Source: Wallemia ichthyophaga EXF-994 (lineage: Eukaryota > Fungi > Basidiomycota). From it: a DNA stretch of 32,000 nucleotides. This document shows positions 19,501-31,269 of this stretch, in pieces. The DNA lies in assembly GCF_000400465.1 (NCBI RefSeq), contig NW_008806296.1:30001-62000 (forward strand), in the 5' to 3' direction. The notes beneath the pieces are model-generated. The model saw nothing but the letters and a program-made list of their open reading frames with translations, made no database searches and was not told where the DNA came from. The translations under genes were made by a program, and so were the position numbers. Position 1 is the first letter of the stretch; every line of letters begins with the position of its first letter.

Positions 19501-20943
19501 ATGAGTTGCAGCAATCCGCAATCTGAAGTAAAGGATCCGGGCGCTGATATTCCAGAGCGTGAGCTTGAGTCATTTATACCCACCAGCCATGCTCAACAAC
19601 CTAATCCCAGGTCGTACGAAACCAAAGAACAATCAATGTATCAAGTGCAAGACTGCAGCGCCTGTTATTCAAATTAGACACGCGTTGTACTGCAGGTTGG
19701 TCTGATCCACGCATAACCACCCACCACTCAATTCCCCACCAGAGAATGCTTCGTTTACGCCACTTCCGGCAAATTCCTCAAATGGTTCCTCTCAAACTTC
19801 AAACCCAACGACGTTCATCCTGTCTTCTACGTAGCTGTCTCTGGTGGTCCCTCCTCTCGTTATCTTCTCCAGCTTCTCCACACTCAAATGTCTCCGAGGA
19901 AAGGCAAAGGTAGTTTCATTAGGCCTGGCTCAGCTGAGAAGCTTGTCGTTATCTACGTCGATCAATCGAAAGTCGTCCCTGGTGCTGAAAATCTTCGCAA
20001 TCACATAGAAGACATGGTCAAAGATTTTCCTTCAGTTGAGATTATTGAGGCTGATGTCTCTGAATCATGGAAGGGCAGTCAAGCGTCGATATCTGCCTAT
20101 TTATCCGGTCAGCCAGGCCAGCCACCCAGTGCAACAGCGTCTGAGCCCACTGCGGATTTATTCGACAGCACGCTATCAACATCATCACAAGAATCGCATC
20201 TGGCTCTACTCACCCATCACATTATCCTACGTGAAGCGCGAAAGCATGCCGACAGCCTACTCGGTAAAGATAGCACAGCGCCTCTCTTCTTGGGAACGAG
20301 CGCAACACGCGTAACGATCAAGCTTCTCTCCTCCATGTCCAGAGGCAGAGGCTGGTCTGTGGGATCTGGCGAAGTGCAACCTGAATCAACTCAGTATGGT
20401 CTCAATGTATACCAGCCGCTTCTCAACACCTCCTCAAAGGAAATAGCCTACTACAACCGGTTCGCTATTCCAGCACACTCGCAAGCAGTGGTGAACAGAT
20501 CTTTTACCACTTTCTCTCCACCTAAATCTTCCATTGATAGACTAACCGAGGAGCTCGTCGTGTCGCTCGAACGCGGTTTTCCTTCGACAGTGTCGACAGT
20601 GGCGCGCACAGGCAACAAGATATCTTTCGCCGGTGAAACTAAGGAGGGTGAGAGGCTGTGTACTCTGTGTGGTTGGCCGGCCAGAGCTAAAGCGAATGAA
20701 TGGAAAAATGGCATTGCAATAACTAAACTAGCGGGCGAAGAGGATGAGAGTAATCCCCTAGCTGATATGCTCTGCTATGGCTGCTACACTAATCTCACTG
20801 ATTCGCGCGCCCGTTCTCATGTCAATTACGCTCTGCCAGGATGGACAGATGAGTATGCCGAGAAACAGAAAGTGACGGAATCAGAGATGCGCAAGGAGAT
20901 TGAGGATTGTCTGATAGACGACAATGACAATGACAATGAGTAG
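19501..20943 (+). CDS. CTU2: Cytoplasmic tRNA 2-thiolation protein 2; 5' introns not fully resolved
   Basis: RECF..., the degenerate PP-loop VAVSGGPSS, LGTSATR, ERGFPSTVSTVARTGNK, and C-terminal CTLC and LCYGC. Confidence 0.88.
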
Positions 20944-20964
20944 TTTTGTACAATTATATTTTAT

Positions 20965-21261
20965 TTATTTCGCCATCTCAAACAGTAAAGCACACGCGAT
21001 GGACGATTTGCTCAAGAATCTGAGATATAAACTTTTGAGTCGAATTGGGGATTGGATTGGATTCAAGTGAAGCAAGCTGTATCAGCTGAAGTTTTGCGAG
21101 TGTGAGATTATGTCTTGTACAGTAGTCCACACTCCCATCACAATCAAAATTAAGACATATTCCATTTCCACGTCGTTTCTATCAAGTACAGCTTGTTTCC
21201 ACAATTGACCGTTGTACAAGAACAATTGCTCGATGATATAATTCAAATCGAGGGTTGTTCG
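20965..21261 (-). CDS. Possible small-exon gene missed by the ORF track; 5' end unresolved
   Basis: Exons 21133-21261 and 20965-21085 join in frame across a 47-nt GT-AG intron (RTTLDLNYIIEQLFLYNGQLWKQ...LIVMG|LIQLASLE...LLFEMAK*). No start exon established. Confidence 0.3.
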
Positions 21262-21880
21262 CTGTGTCGGGTTATGTCAAAATTCCCTGCAGCTTTCTTT
21301 GAAGGGTGACATCTTCTCGCAGATGAATCTCACATAACACGTCTCAGATTTACACACGCTCCATCATCTCTTCAAACCATCCGTGTCAGACAGGGACTTG
21401 GAACGGGGTACTTAGAGTGCTGAGCACTGAGAATGCTCAAATAGCTTTTCTTTTTTTAAATATTTTTGCTGAACTTTTCCTCTGTACATCAATGTTTCAT
21501 TAAGCGGCATCCGTTTGATGTTTCAAAGCGAATGGGTCAACTCGCGGAGAAATACTGAAACGGTTTCTCGGACGTCAGGTGCGTATGTTCCATCGAATGC
21601 GCTCCTTAATGTATGCAATCCACCTTTCCGATCCCAGCTATTGAACTATTCTTGTCCTCTGGAATGGAGCAGTGAGCTTGGACCATAGAGCAAAGTGCCT
21701 TGCGATAGTTTCAATGCGATATAAATACGTAATTTCACATAATTAGACATATTCCAGCACCTGCCAAATTAGCGGACGCTGTCCAGACGGTCAGTCCGCC
21801 CCTATAATGTGTACCTGATAAGAAAGTGAGGAGGCACATATATTTTTTTTTACTGCTGTCAATCAACTGCTAACTGAACA

Positions 21881-22489
21881 ATGAAACTCACTGCACTGCT
21901 ATCAATCGCTGCGATCGGCGCAACAGCCTCAGCACACCTCCTGCACAGACAGGACAGCCTTGGGGAGTCGTCCGAGCAGTGCCTCCAGAATGAGTGCAGC
22001 AGCTTGTACAGCGCAGTACGGAATGACTGCTACAGCGACTCAGACAGTATCGATAACATGAGCAACAAGCAGAAACACCAGCTGTACGGCTGTTTCTGCG
22101 ATGCTTTCAGAAGCGCGTCGGACGATTGCAAGACGTGTGCATCGAACGCTGGGCTGGATTTCAGCAGCTTGACTAACGAGTACTGCTCGGAGGCTAGCGA
22201 TAACTCTAGCCCAATTACTTCCGTTGCTTCCATCTCAAAAACCAGCTCAAAACAATTGCATAGCTACACAAGCACACACGGAGACTCTTCAAGCTCTTCT
22301 CCTACTTCTACTCCTACTTCTACTCCTACTTCTACTCCTACTTCTACTCCTACTCCTTCTCCTCCGCCATCGGACGGCAACGAAAACGACGACTCTGAAC
22401 AAGACGGCGATTCCGGTTCTCTAACTGCGATCCCATCAATTACTTTCATGGCTTCTGCGCTGGTATTGGCGAGTGCACTAGCACTCTAA
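21881..22489 (+). CDS. Secreted, probably GPI-anchored 8-Cys (CFEM-like) cell-surface protein with Ser/Thr/Pro stalk
   Basis: Signal peptide MKLTALLSIAAIGATASA; 8 Cys including CxC and CxxC; PTST repeats; hydrophobic C-terminus preceded by small residues. Confidence 0.85.
   Translation: MKLTALLSIAAIGATASAHLLHRQDSLGESSEQCLQNECSSLYSAVRNDCYSDSDSIDNMSNKQKHQLYGCFCDAFRSASDDCKTCASNAGLDFSSLTNEYCSEASDNSSPITSVASISKTSSKQLHSYTSTHGDSSSSSPTSTPTSTPTSTPTSTPTPSPPPSDGNENDDSEQDGDSGSLTAIPSITFMASALVLASALAL
22301..22348 (+). repeat. Coding minisatellite (CCTACTTCTACT)x4 = (PTST)4
   Basis: Four perfect 12-bp units read directly from the sequence. Confidence 0.95.
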
Positions 22490-22606
22490 GCCAGCGCCTA
22501 AAATTAAGCATACCACTGGACGGTGTGCTATTTCTAATTTGCCCATTCAATGTGCTCCAATCCTCTTTGATATAATTGTTGCAACAAAATACATACTCTT
22601 TCACTC

Positions 22607-23381
22607 ATGTCCATCACATATGAATGCGTCCTTCTCGGCACATTCGACAGCAGTCTACTGGACAAAGTGCGCGACAAGCTGCGGGTGATATGCGACGCGA
22701 ATGGTGATCTGCACTGCCACGAGAAAGTAATGAGTGTGCAAGCTGGGCCCAACACGACGAATGGACGGATGGTGATGCGGCGGGAGGGTATTGACGAGAC
22801 GGATGAGTCTGCCAAGTGGTGCGTGTGTGTAAAGTGGCGCAGGGTTTGCAATTCTTACAAGCCACCAGGACTGCTGTGCGTATTTTCAGAGCTGAACCAG
22901 CGGTGAGTTTGGCCTTTCGAGCTGAGCTGATCACATAGCACAGCCATAGCCGCACTTTCCCAACTAACGCACAAAAGTCTCGCTACAACCCACAGCTTCT
23001 CATCCGCTCCACTATCAACTTGCCCCTCGATACCAATCACAATGCTGTCGAGTTTGTGCAGGCTCTCGGATACAACCCGAATCACGAATTCAGCAAGCGC
23101 GGCGATACGTATATGTGCAACGGCGTCATAGTCGGCGTCTACCAACTCCATAATGTCGGTGTCGGTGTCTGTCTATGAGTTACGCACACTAACTAAACCT
23201 CCCCTAGGTAAATGGAGAGCGCGTACATGAAGATAATGTGTGGATGGTCGAAGTGCGCAGCTTGCCAGTCGTGCCTGACCAGAGTGCAGTCGCCGATCCG
23301 CTCAATGTAGCCATGCACAATTGTCTCAAACTGAAAGCCACACTGAAACCATTAGTCTTGTTAAAACGGGTAGAGCACTAA
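22607..23381 (+). CDS. MED18: Mediator subunit 18 (Srb5), multi-exon
   Basis: MSITYECVLLG...LHCHEKV, FVQALGYNPNHEFSKRGDTY, and C-terminal WMVEVRS...LKPLVLL. Confidence 0.8.
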
Positions 23382-23561
23382 TCGCACTCATGACACTAAC
23401 CGATCTAACCGCACTTAACAATCTATGTAAAAGTAACTAATTTATCACCGTTATTTCTATAAATAAACTTAAGTCTGGGTATACACTTAGTCGTTTGCAT
23501 TTTGTGAGCGCAAGACAAGTTCAAACGAGAGAGTTTAATCTCATACGTTAACCGCCAAATC

Positions 23562-26500
23562 TTAGAAGAAGCCAGACTCTGACAGCATTCTAGCCATTTT
23601 CTCATCGTCTCTCTCCCTAGGTTCGAGTTTCAAACTGATTGGGAACGCGTCAGGTGCGCTGTCAGACTCTTCCAGCTGCTGTAAAACTATTTTTGATATT
23701 TGTGGTATAGGTGTGAAATTGTATGGCGTTGCTTGATATTGCTGTATCTCTGAAATCAAATCAGCTGCCATCTGACGCTTAGCAAAGTTGACAAGAGGGA
23801 AAGAATCTGGTCCACCACCTGGTGGCGAGGTTAGCTGCTGCCCTCCTCTTTCTGCATCCTTCAAGAAATCTGGATTCCCGTCCGTTATGAATGTCAGATA
23901 AGTTAGGTAGACACCTGCGTTACGTAAGTTTGTGATATTTGGTATGCAACACCTTTACACACCTAAAAATGGTACACAGGGCGGATTGATATTGCGCAAA
24001 AGTTGCTTGTAATTAGCAAAGTTCTTCGTGCTGTCGATTGTAGTATCGAGAGACTGTTGGATATTAAGCGCCTTTTGAGACATCTGATCCCATGTTCGCT
24101 TCAGTCTTCTAATAGGAGGGCTGTTGATACCAGCAATGATACCCGCCATGGTCGAAAAGTTGTTCAGCGCTCTACACCTCTCAGCCACATAGATGAACCA
24201 TTTCACCATCGCAGCTCTCTTTTTAGAATCATCGCCCATTCCAAGAACAGAGTGGGTAACCCACGCAGCCAGTCTGTTGGAAAGTTGGATCATAGTTCTA
24301 ATATTTCTAGCTTTGTGCTTTTTAAGATGCTCAGGACCACTCCAATTCTTATTGAGGCATTCATCAGGTTTAATTCTGTTGAAGTTGTGTGACTCAATAA
24401 TTGTAAGCTGTCGAGCCATCTCCAAAGGATCTATATCCATCAACTTGAGTTTCTTAGAGTTTTTAGGGAGAATAGGTTGTGGAGGGAAATTTTGAGCCGT
24501 TATGATCTTCTTCGGTTCCAGCCCGCCTCTTGATTCTCGCCTCTCTACAATTTTTTTCAAGTAGCGCACCGGTCCTACTATGGTCATTGGTATATCAGAA
24601 TCAGCAAAGTGCCTAACACGTTCGAGTATGTAGTTATCTCTATTCTCGTCAAAGTGGTGCTCGAGCCATGACTTCATTACGTTGATAACACGCAGCTGGA
24701 CCACCATCTGCTTTTTCTCCCGCCACATTGTGATTTCATTCTCAACCAACCAGTCTGGCGGACATAGGTGGAATCGTCTAATCAGTAAATCAAAAACCTC
24801 TTCAGACGTTGAGAAAGAAGTGTATGTCATCAAAAATGTTTTGCTGAATTTGAGATCTGTGAGGTTATGAGATTTCTAACTCTCATTGAAAACTACCAGC
24901 TTACCTGAATGTTCATGTGTCGTTAAACGCTCCACCAGAGCTGGCACAGTACCGCCCTTTACGCTTCCATTTGGTTGGAGTATGAGAGAGGTACCGTAGT
25001 CACTATCCAAGAAGTGTGTTTGATGCGTATTTGTCGAGCTCTGTGAAGGGCGTTGCACTCTACCGAGTGACGCTGAGTTAGAGTTGGTGTTATTTTCGGT
25101 ATTACTTGGCAGACTTTCACGACCGCTTTCTCCCAACAGCTTCTGCAACTTCTGCCTTTGCGCGAATTTGTGCTGCTCTTGCAGCTCCTCCACAGACACA
25201 ACCTGTGTTGTATACTGCGAACTTGTCGTCTGAGAATGAGAATGAGTGCGACTTTGAGGACTAGAAGCTGAATCTGATTCATGTCGATTCGTGTGATCAC
25301 CACTGTTACTTGGCTCCATTCCACCGATATCACTATCGTCATCAGCGACTGACTCCATCGGCGCACCAGCTGCACTCTTGCTCGATCTGATCGATTGCCC
25401 TCCCTCCAACTTGGAGAGCTGTAATGATCTTTCTCCAATTTGCGTAGGGCCTGACAGTTGCTCATTTGACGTTAGTTGGTATTGTATATCCGCAATCTCA
25501 ACCAGAGACAACAGACTTTCAAGTACATCAGATGAGGATGACTCTATCTTGGATATGTCTTTAGATATACATCCTATCAGAGCCTCGCATACTTCAATTT
25601 CAGCAAGATTCATACTGATAAGATCCTGGAGTTGCACCAAGGCATTGCCTGAAGAAATCGACAAGCTCAGCTTAGCTTTCTCGAACTCGTGCAAGAAAGA
25701 GTGAGCTTTAGTGACTAAGTTCATGTATTGAGAGTCGTTGGCACTCAGTTTCGTCGTGACATCTTGTCCCAAGATAGGTGAATCGGGCGGATGAGTGGGT
25801 GGCGGTAGCCCGTCGAAATCCAGCATAGGGAGAACGTCAACCTCTTCAGTCGAATTGCAAAATCTTGTGAGTGTAACTAAACAAGATTGTATGGATGGGA
25901 GAAGCTCAGCTGGAAGTTTATTGACTGTTCTGGTTTCTACCTTCTTCTCCTTGCTCTTTGTTGATTGAGATCTACTTTGTTCATTCATTTCCGGATCTAC
26001 TTCCAAGTCTGAATCTGGCTGTGCTTCTTCATCCTCTTTGATTTCTGTTGTCGATATAACCTCTTCATCCTGCTTGATTTGCGCAAGGAACTGATTTAAC
26101 GACCGAAGAGCCTCTCTAGCATCGCCACCCAACTGCTCTAGCTGAAGTAGAGTTGGTTTTCCCATATCTCTCCTTCTCCTTACGGTAGTTACGTGCATGA
26201 TCTCTAACGATTCGGAACGTGGTCCTAACACAGCGAGTGTCTGTCTGGATGGCAAACCATCTCTAACATCCAAAGCACTCTCGATGAAATCCTGCAGAAT
26301 GTTTTGTAGATCCGCGACGTCCTCGTTCATTTGCTCAAGAGCTTTTTTAACAATGCGGCCTGACTCATCAGTAGGTAAGAAGCAAAGAATGCTTTTAGTT
26401 GCTTCAGAGGTGAGTGTGCATTTCGAAAGAGCCGCGGTTAGTCGTCTTTGCGTTGCTTTAAGTGATATAATCGAAGATGGGAGTGATTTGATTGAAACTG

Positions 26501-27454
26501 ACGAGTTTAGTATGCCAGTGCTGAATAGAACAGATCTGATACTATCTGTGGCAGTTTCAATAGCTATTTCAATCTCATTTGACTGTTTGAAATGAACATT
26601 CTGTCTATGCTGTGAAAGCTGATCTTCGTTTGAGTTATTTGAATCATTGAGATTTGACGGGTTAGGCTCGTCGATTGGACCTTCGATGTCAGAGTCTCTT
26701 CTACCAATTGCAGATGCCTCAGCTGTCCAATTGAGCGAAGAGGCGTTGATGAGAGCCTCAAGTGCGACAATAGCCTGAGCTGAGAGGTCTTCTAAAGAAG
26801 GTTGAATGGCAGGTCTAAGAGCAATAGCGACTTGCAAGTCGTCATCTTTCAAAGTGAGTAAGTCGAAGTTATCGAAGCTGTTGCTATTGAGATCGGAGCT
26901 AAACTCTCTGGTGACGTTGGTCGACGTGGGATTGGCCGTGGACATTTGCGAGTAAATAGGGTTAGTTGGAGTGATTGAAGGGCTTTGCTGGTGATCGACA
27001 GAAGGGGAGCCATTGAAAGTGGGTAAATAAGCAGAATTGGGCATTTCTAGTGATTGCTGGCCAGTTTGAGTGTTGAAGTAGTAGATATTTCCATCCAAGC
27101 TTGCTTGCGGTATCCAGTACTCGTCCGGGGTCATATTCTGAGATTCAGGGAGAGGACTGAGAATATCCTGTTCAAGGAGAGCGGCAGCTTCGTCATCGGA
27201 TATCTTTATGACCTGTGCAACAGTGCGTAAGTCCAAAGTGGTTCAAACTGGCTCGATTGGCTCAAATTGAAACTAAAACTTACGTGATTTGAGGGGAACC
27301 ATCCTCTGTCGTTTCCCAGCAGACCATCCCACCAGCCCGAGTCGAGCGTCGTTAATACTTCGATTACGTCCCCGATTACAAAGGGGAGAGAAGAGGAATC
27401 GTGCGATTGGTAATTGTAAGCAGCGCGAACGAAGAACGTTGTACTGCTCGACAT
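23562..27454 (-). CDS. CDC25: Cdc25-type Ras guanine-nucleotide exchange factor (SH3, WW-like, REM, RasGEF domains)
   Basis: SH3 (VRAAYNY...GWWDG...RGWFPSNHV), YYFNTQTG, GGTVPALVERLT, DIDPLEMARQLT, LNNFST, PCVPFLGVYLT and FPLVNFAKR. Confidence 0.92.
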
Positions 27455-27565
27455 TAATTTTTATTCGTCTATTATCTATATATTTAACTGATGGGAGTGA
27501 TGCGTTGAGATGTGTATGTGCACTCAGACTGTGCTCAGGCCATTGCATGAAAATTAAGAGTACAG

Positions 27566-28322
27566 TCACATTAATATACATTTGCTCTTTGAGCCTTTTC
27601 GACTTCTCTCCCTGTGCCTCCGCTTGCGATGCTTTCTCGCGTCTATATACATTTTGGCCAGATCCATAAACGCCTTTTCAACGCCAATTTCAAGCTTAGC
27701 TGATGTTTCTAGGTAGCTTAGACCTTGCAATGCCCCCGTAGGCTTGAAATCAGCTGGAAACATCCCTGTCCCAAGTAAGTCCGGCTTCACAACTTGATTC
27801 ATTTTCACGTACTTTCAAATCCTAAATCCACTTTATTACCACAAAGTAATATTGGAATGCGCTTAACGTCATTTGTATCCTTTATTCGCTTGATATCCTC
27901 CATAATTGGCATCAAGTCGTGATAAGTTGAAGGATTGTTTAGCGCGAATACCAGCAAGAACGCACTGCTCTCGCGTATAACCGATTCACGTAAAGAGACC
28001 ATCTGCTCAACACCCGCTGTATCCGTTATCTGCATTCTGCACGGCTTCCCTTGCTCCACCTGGGCTATCTTGGTGAAACTGTCCTCGATCTGCACGTGCA
28101 GGCGTGAATTTGGGTTTCTATGAGGGGCGGGAACACTCACAGTTGGATCATACTGCGTTTACCCGTTAGCTTTGCCTCAACCATTATAGCTATTTGGCTA
28201 TATTACAATATATAGCACGCTACACTCACATTCTCGTAGAATGAACCGTGCACGAATCTTACCGTCATGGACGACTTGCCTACCGCGCCTGCGCCTAGTA
28301 CGCATATCCTTATTGATCGCAT
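27566..28322 (-). CDS. Ras-family small GTPase (Rap/Rsr1-like) with CAAX; alternative upstream ATG at 28394
   Basis: GAGAVGKSS, YDPT-IEDS, DTAGVEQ, GNKVDL, ETSAK, a polybasic tail and terminal CILM. Confidence 0.9.
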
Positions 28323-28563
28323 TGGAAGATCGCTAAGAGGTACCTGAGATATTATTTGGATGAGGGTAGTTTCCAGCTGGCCTATGACGTACATAATTTA
28401 TTCGTGTTCCGCTTTGGGCAGCTTGCGCAAGAAAAATACATTTTATGCTACGCGTAAACGTATGCATGCAGCTATACACAGTCAGTCAGCCGGTCTATCA
28501 AATCCGATCCAAATCAATTCATTATCGTGAAAATATTCGTCAAGATATCTTACAAAACTTTGT

Positions 28564-29858
28564 TCAAAGTTTGGCTTGTTTGGTGAGGTATTTGACGTTA
28601 TCGTTGATAATCTTAACAGCGCCAAGTACCATTTCATCGACAATCTCCTGCGCAGTCTCAACTTTGTCGATGGATCCGCTGACTTTGCCCATCAGCCACA
28701 TTCTCGTCTTTGCAGAGATCTCAGGTCTCTTTTCAAGCTCCACTTCGTGTGGCACTAGACCTTTCGAGGTGAGCTCCTTGATTTCATCGCGCCTTTCCTC
28801 TTCCCAGTGTTTTACGTAATCGTGTCCGTAAACTCTCAATGGTCTGCCCGTGTAGATGAGAGTGCGAATATTGTCATCCCATGTCGACTTTAGTACCAAA
28901 TCCTTGTGTATTTTGGGTGCAGCGGCTTCCGCACACGCAACGAAACGTGTTCCGACCCAGACACCCGAAGCGCCATATCTGCTAATGTGAAAAAAGAGTC
29001 AATCAGAAAACTCCTACTCACGACAAAGCTGCTGCTAATCCTTTGCTGTTGTAGATACCGCCAGAAGCTACGACCTGGATCTGCTTGCCTGTGAGGGGAC
29101 TCTTTGTGCCCTGGACGGCTTCTACGACGGTAGGGATAAGAACGCTGGTTGGTACGTCTCCTGTGTGGCCGCCACCTGCAATTTGTCATTCAGTTTGAAT
29201 GAGATGAGCAAATCAATCACGATACACACCCTCTCCACCCTGAGCAATGAGTATATCAGCACCAGCGTCGATCGCCTTCTTTGCGTGCTTTGGGTGCCCG
29301 ATCATATTCGCAACTGTCGTTGATTAGATGTGGTCGGTTGTATCGCATGACTTCTCACCGGGTATACCAGCCTCATGGAGCCTTTCAACAGCAAAGTTGG
29401 GTGGAACGCCAACAGCGCACACGAAGAGACTTGCTTTGTTTCGAATTATAACATCTAACAACTCCGGGAGCTGTCCCTTTGTGTAGTCGTAATTTGTCTT
29501 CCGTGCCGATCCGCCGACTTGAGGGAGAAGTAAATCGACGCCAAAGGGGGCGTTCTTGTCGTTGAGCGATGATTTGAGCTCGTCTATTTGGTGTTGGAGG
29601 TTCTTAGGCGTGTAGCCGAGTCCTGAGGATGTCTAAGAGGGGGTTTTAGGGTATGAGTAGACATCCACACACCACCGAGGACTCCAATACCGCCAGCATT
29701 AGTCACAGCAGCAGCGAGCCTGTGGATTCGTTGGCTTGTCACGTGTGTCTCAGCCACAGAACAACTCACTTGCTACCTGCTGCAACATTCATTCCCGCGA
29801 GCATAACTGGGTGCTTGATATTCAATAATTCTGTAAGTGCTGTGTTTAACGAGGACAT
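28564..29858 (-). CDS. Nitronate monooxygenase / 2-nitropropane dioxygenase-family flavoprotein, multi-exon
   Basis: MSSLNTALTELLNIKHPVMLAGM, LAAAVTNAGGIGVLGG, RTLIYTGRPLR and LMGKVSG.I..V..AQEIVDEMV. Confidence 0.9.
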
Positions 29859-30206
29859 GATGACCGTTTATACACAACCGACAGGGTTGAGACCTCAAAG
29901 ACCCTAAATACAAAAACAGGAATTAAGAGATCTTCTGTCTGCATTGCTGGCTGGAACTGCCTTCTTTTAGGCTGGGTAGCGTTTGCTAATAATATAATAT
30001 ATTCATCTCACAACCGGTGTTTACAAGCGGTGAACCGGTGGTGGATACCCGGTTATTTGAAGGTAAAGTAATTATGTAACGCAATCTTACATCATTTGAA
30101 TATCCTATTTCAGCTAATTTCAAGTCTCCGACTGTCCTCCACACCGCGAAAGGTGCAAATGAATATTTTCACAAGTTAGATTGTATAAAGGTAACAAAAC
30201 AAGCAA

Positions 30207-31223
30207 TCATTCTAAACTTTTACTTTTACGCTTCTTTGATTCGCTTGTAGTATTTTTGTCATTATTCTTTTCCTTCTTTTCCGATGACTTGTCATCAATT
30301 TTCACTTTCTTCTCCTTCTTGTCTTTCTTATCAGCTTTGCCAGCACTATCTGTCTTTACTGAACCTTTCTTATTCTTCTTATCCTTCTTACCTGCATTGT
30401 CCTTGTTCTGTCCTCTCTTGCCCTTGTTTTCATCTTGCTCACTAACAGCAAGTCGCCGCCGCTCATCTGCATACTTGGCCTTGTTTGCTTTCTTACGCTC
30501 ACGTCTAAGCACTCTCTTGGCCTCCTTAGCCTCCATATTTTCCTGGGTACCTGTCTCATTCATATCCGATTCGACGTGTTTCTTCTCAACTTCGTCCAAA
30601 GGAACTGGCAGTGTTTTCTGTGCTTGTAGTTTACGCAGCAAGCGCTTCTCCTTTGCAATCTTAGCCTGATTAGTGCGTTTTTCTTCCTTTTTAGATTTCT
30701 GTTTTGGCATTGAGCCTTGCTGCTCGTTGTATGTATCAATATAAGCATGGACATCGTCGTCTGTATCCACGTTATTATCTTTGATGAACTGTCTAAACTT
30801 GTTTATACGCCTGTTGTGAGCCTTGGATTTGAGATGCTCGTTTCCAAATTTATCCGCTGTAAACAGCCTTCCTGGGCAAATAGCGCAACGCTTATGGGGA
30901 TATTCGCTGAACAGAGGTGAAGTGAGTGCGTTGTGGATGGTGATATCCTCTAGCTCAGAGGCACTTGAATAACTGTCTTCTTCGTCGTTCTCGTCCACGT
31001 CGTCGTCGTCGATCTTTTCGTCGTCGTTGTCCTCGCTGTCATTCTCACTGCCATCGTCACTGCCATTCTCACTGTCATTCTCGCTGTCTTCACTCCCCTC
31101 ACTTCCCTCGCTATCGCTGCCAGACTCGTCTGAATCGGACACAGCGCCTCTCAAGCCCTCTGCGAGTCCAATTTTATCCTCTAATTCTGAGCGTTTCTGC
31201 CTTTTAGCTGCTCTTTTGAACAT
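30207..31223 (-). CDS. Acidic/Lys-rich protein with a C2H2 (U1/JAZ-like) zinc finger; possibly nucleolar
   Basis: 338-aa ORF with CAIC...HLKSKAH, an Asp/Glu/Ser tract and a Lys-rich C-terminus. Confidence 0.75.
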   Translation of the reverse strand: MFKRAAKRQKRSELEDKIGLAEGLRGAVSDSDESGSDSEGSEGSEDSENDSENGSDDGSENDSEDNDDEKIDDDDVDENDEEDSYSSASELEDITIHNALTSPLFSEYPHKRCAICPGRLFTADKFGNEHLKSKAHNRRINKFRQFIKDNNVDTDDDVHAYIDTYNEQQGSMPKQKSKKEEKRTNQAKIAKEKRLLRKLQAQKTLPVPLDEVEKKHVESDMNETGTQENMEAKEAKRVLRRERKKANKAKYADERRRLAVSEQDENKGKRGQNKDNAGKKDKKNKKGSVKTDSAGKADKKDKKEKKVKIDDKSSEKKEKNNDKNTTSESKKRKSKSLE

Positions 31224-31269
31224 ATCGTTCTACTTGGGAAGAGAGAAGACCTTCTTGTTTAGGACGTCG

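Noticed and set aside
19501-20943. A functional cluster of CTU2 with the nearby tRNA genes
   Set aside because: Ctu2 thiolates Lys(UUU), Glu(UUC) and Gln(UUG) tRNAs, and none of these is present here. Proximity is likely chance.
22224-22424. Poly-Leu ORF and the many short antisense or overlapping ORFs in the track
   Set aside because: They are alternative-frame shadows of the PTST minisatellite and of well-supported genes.
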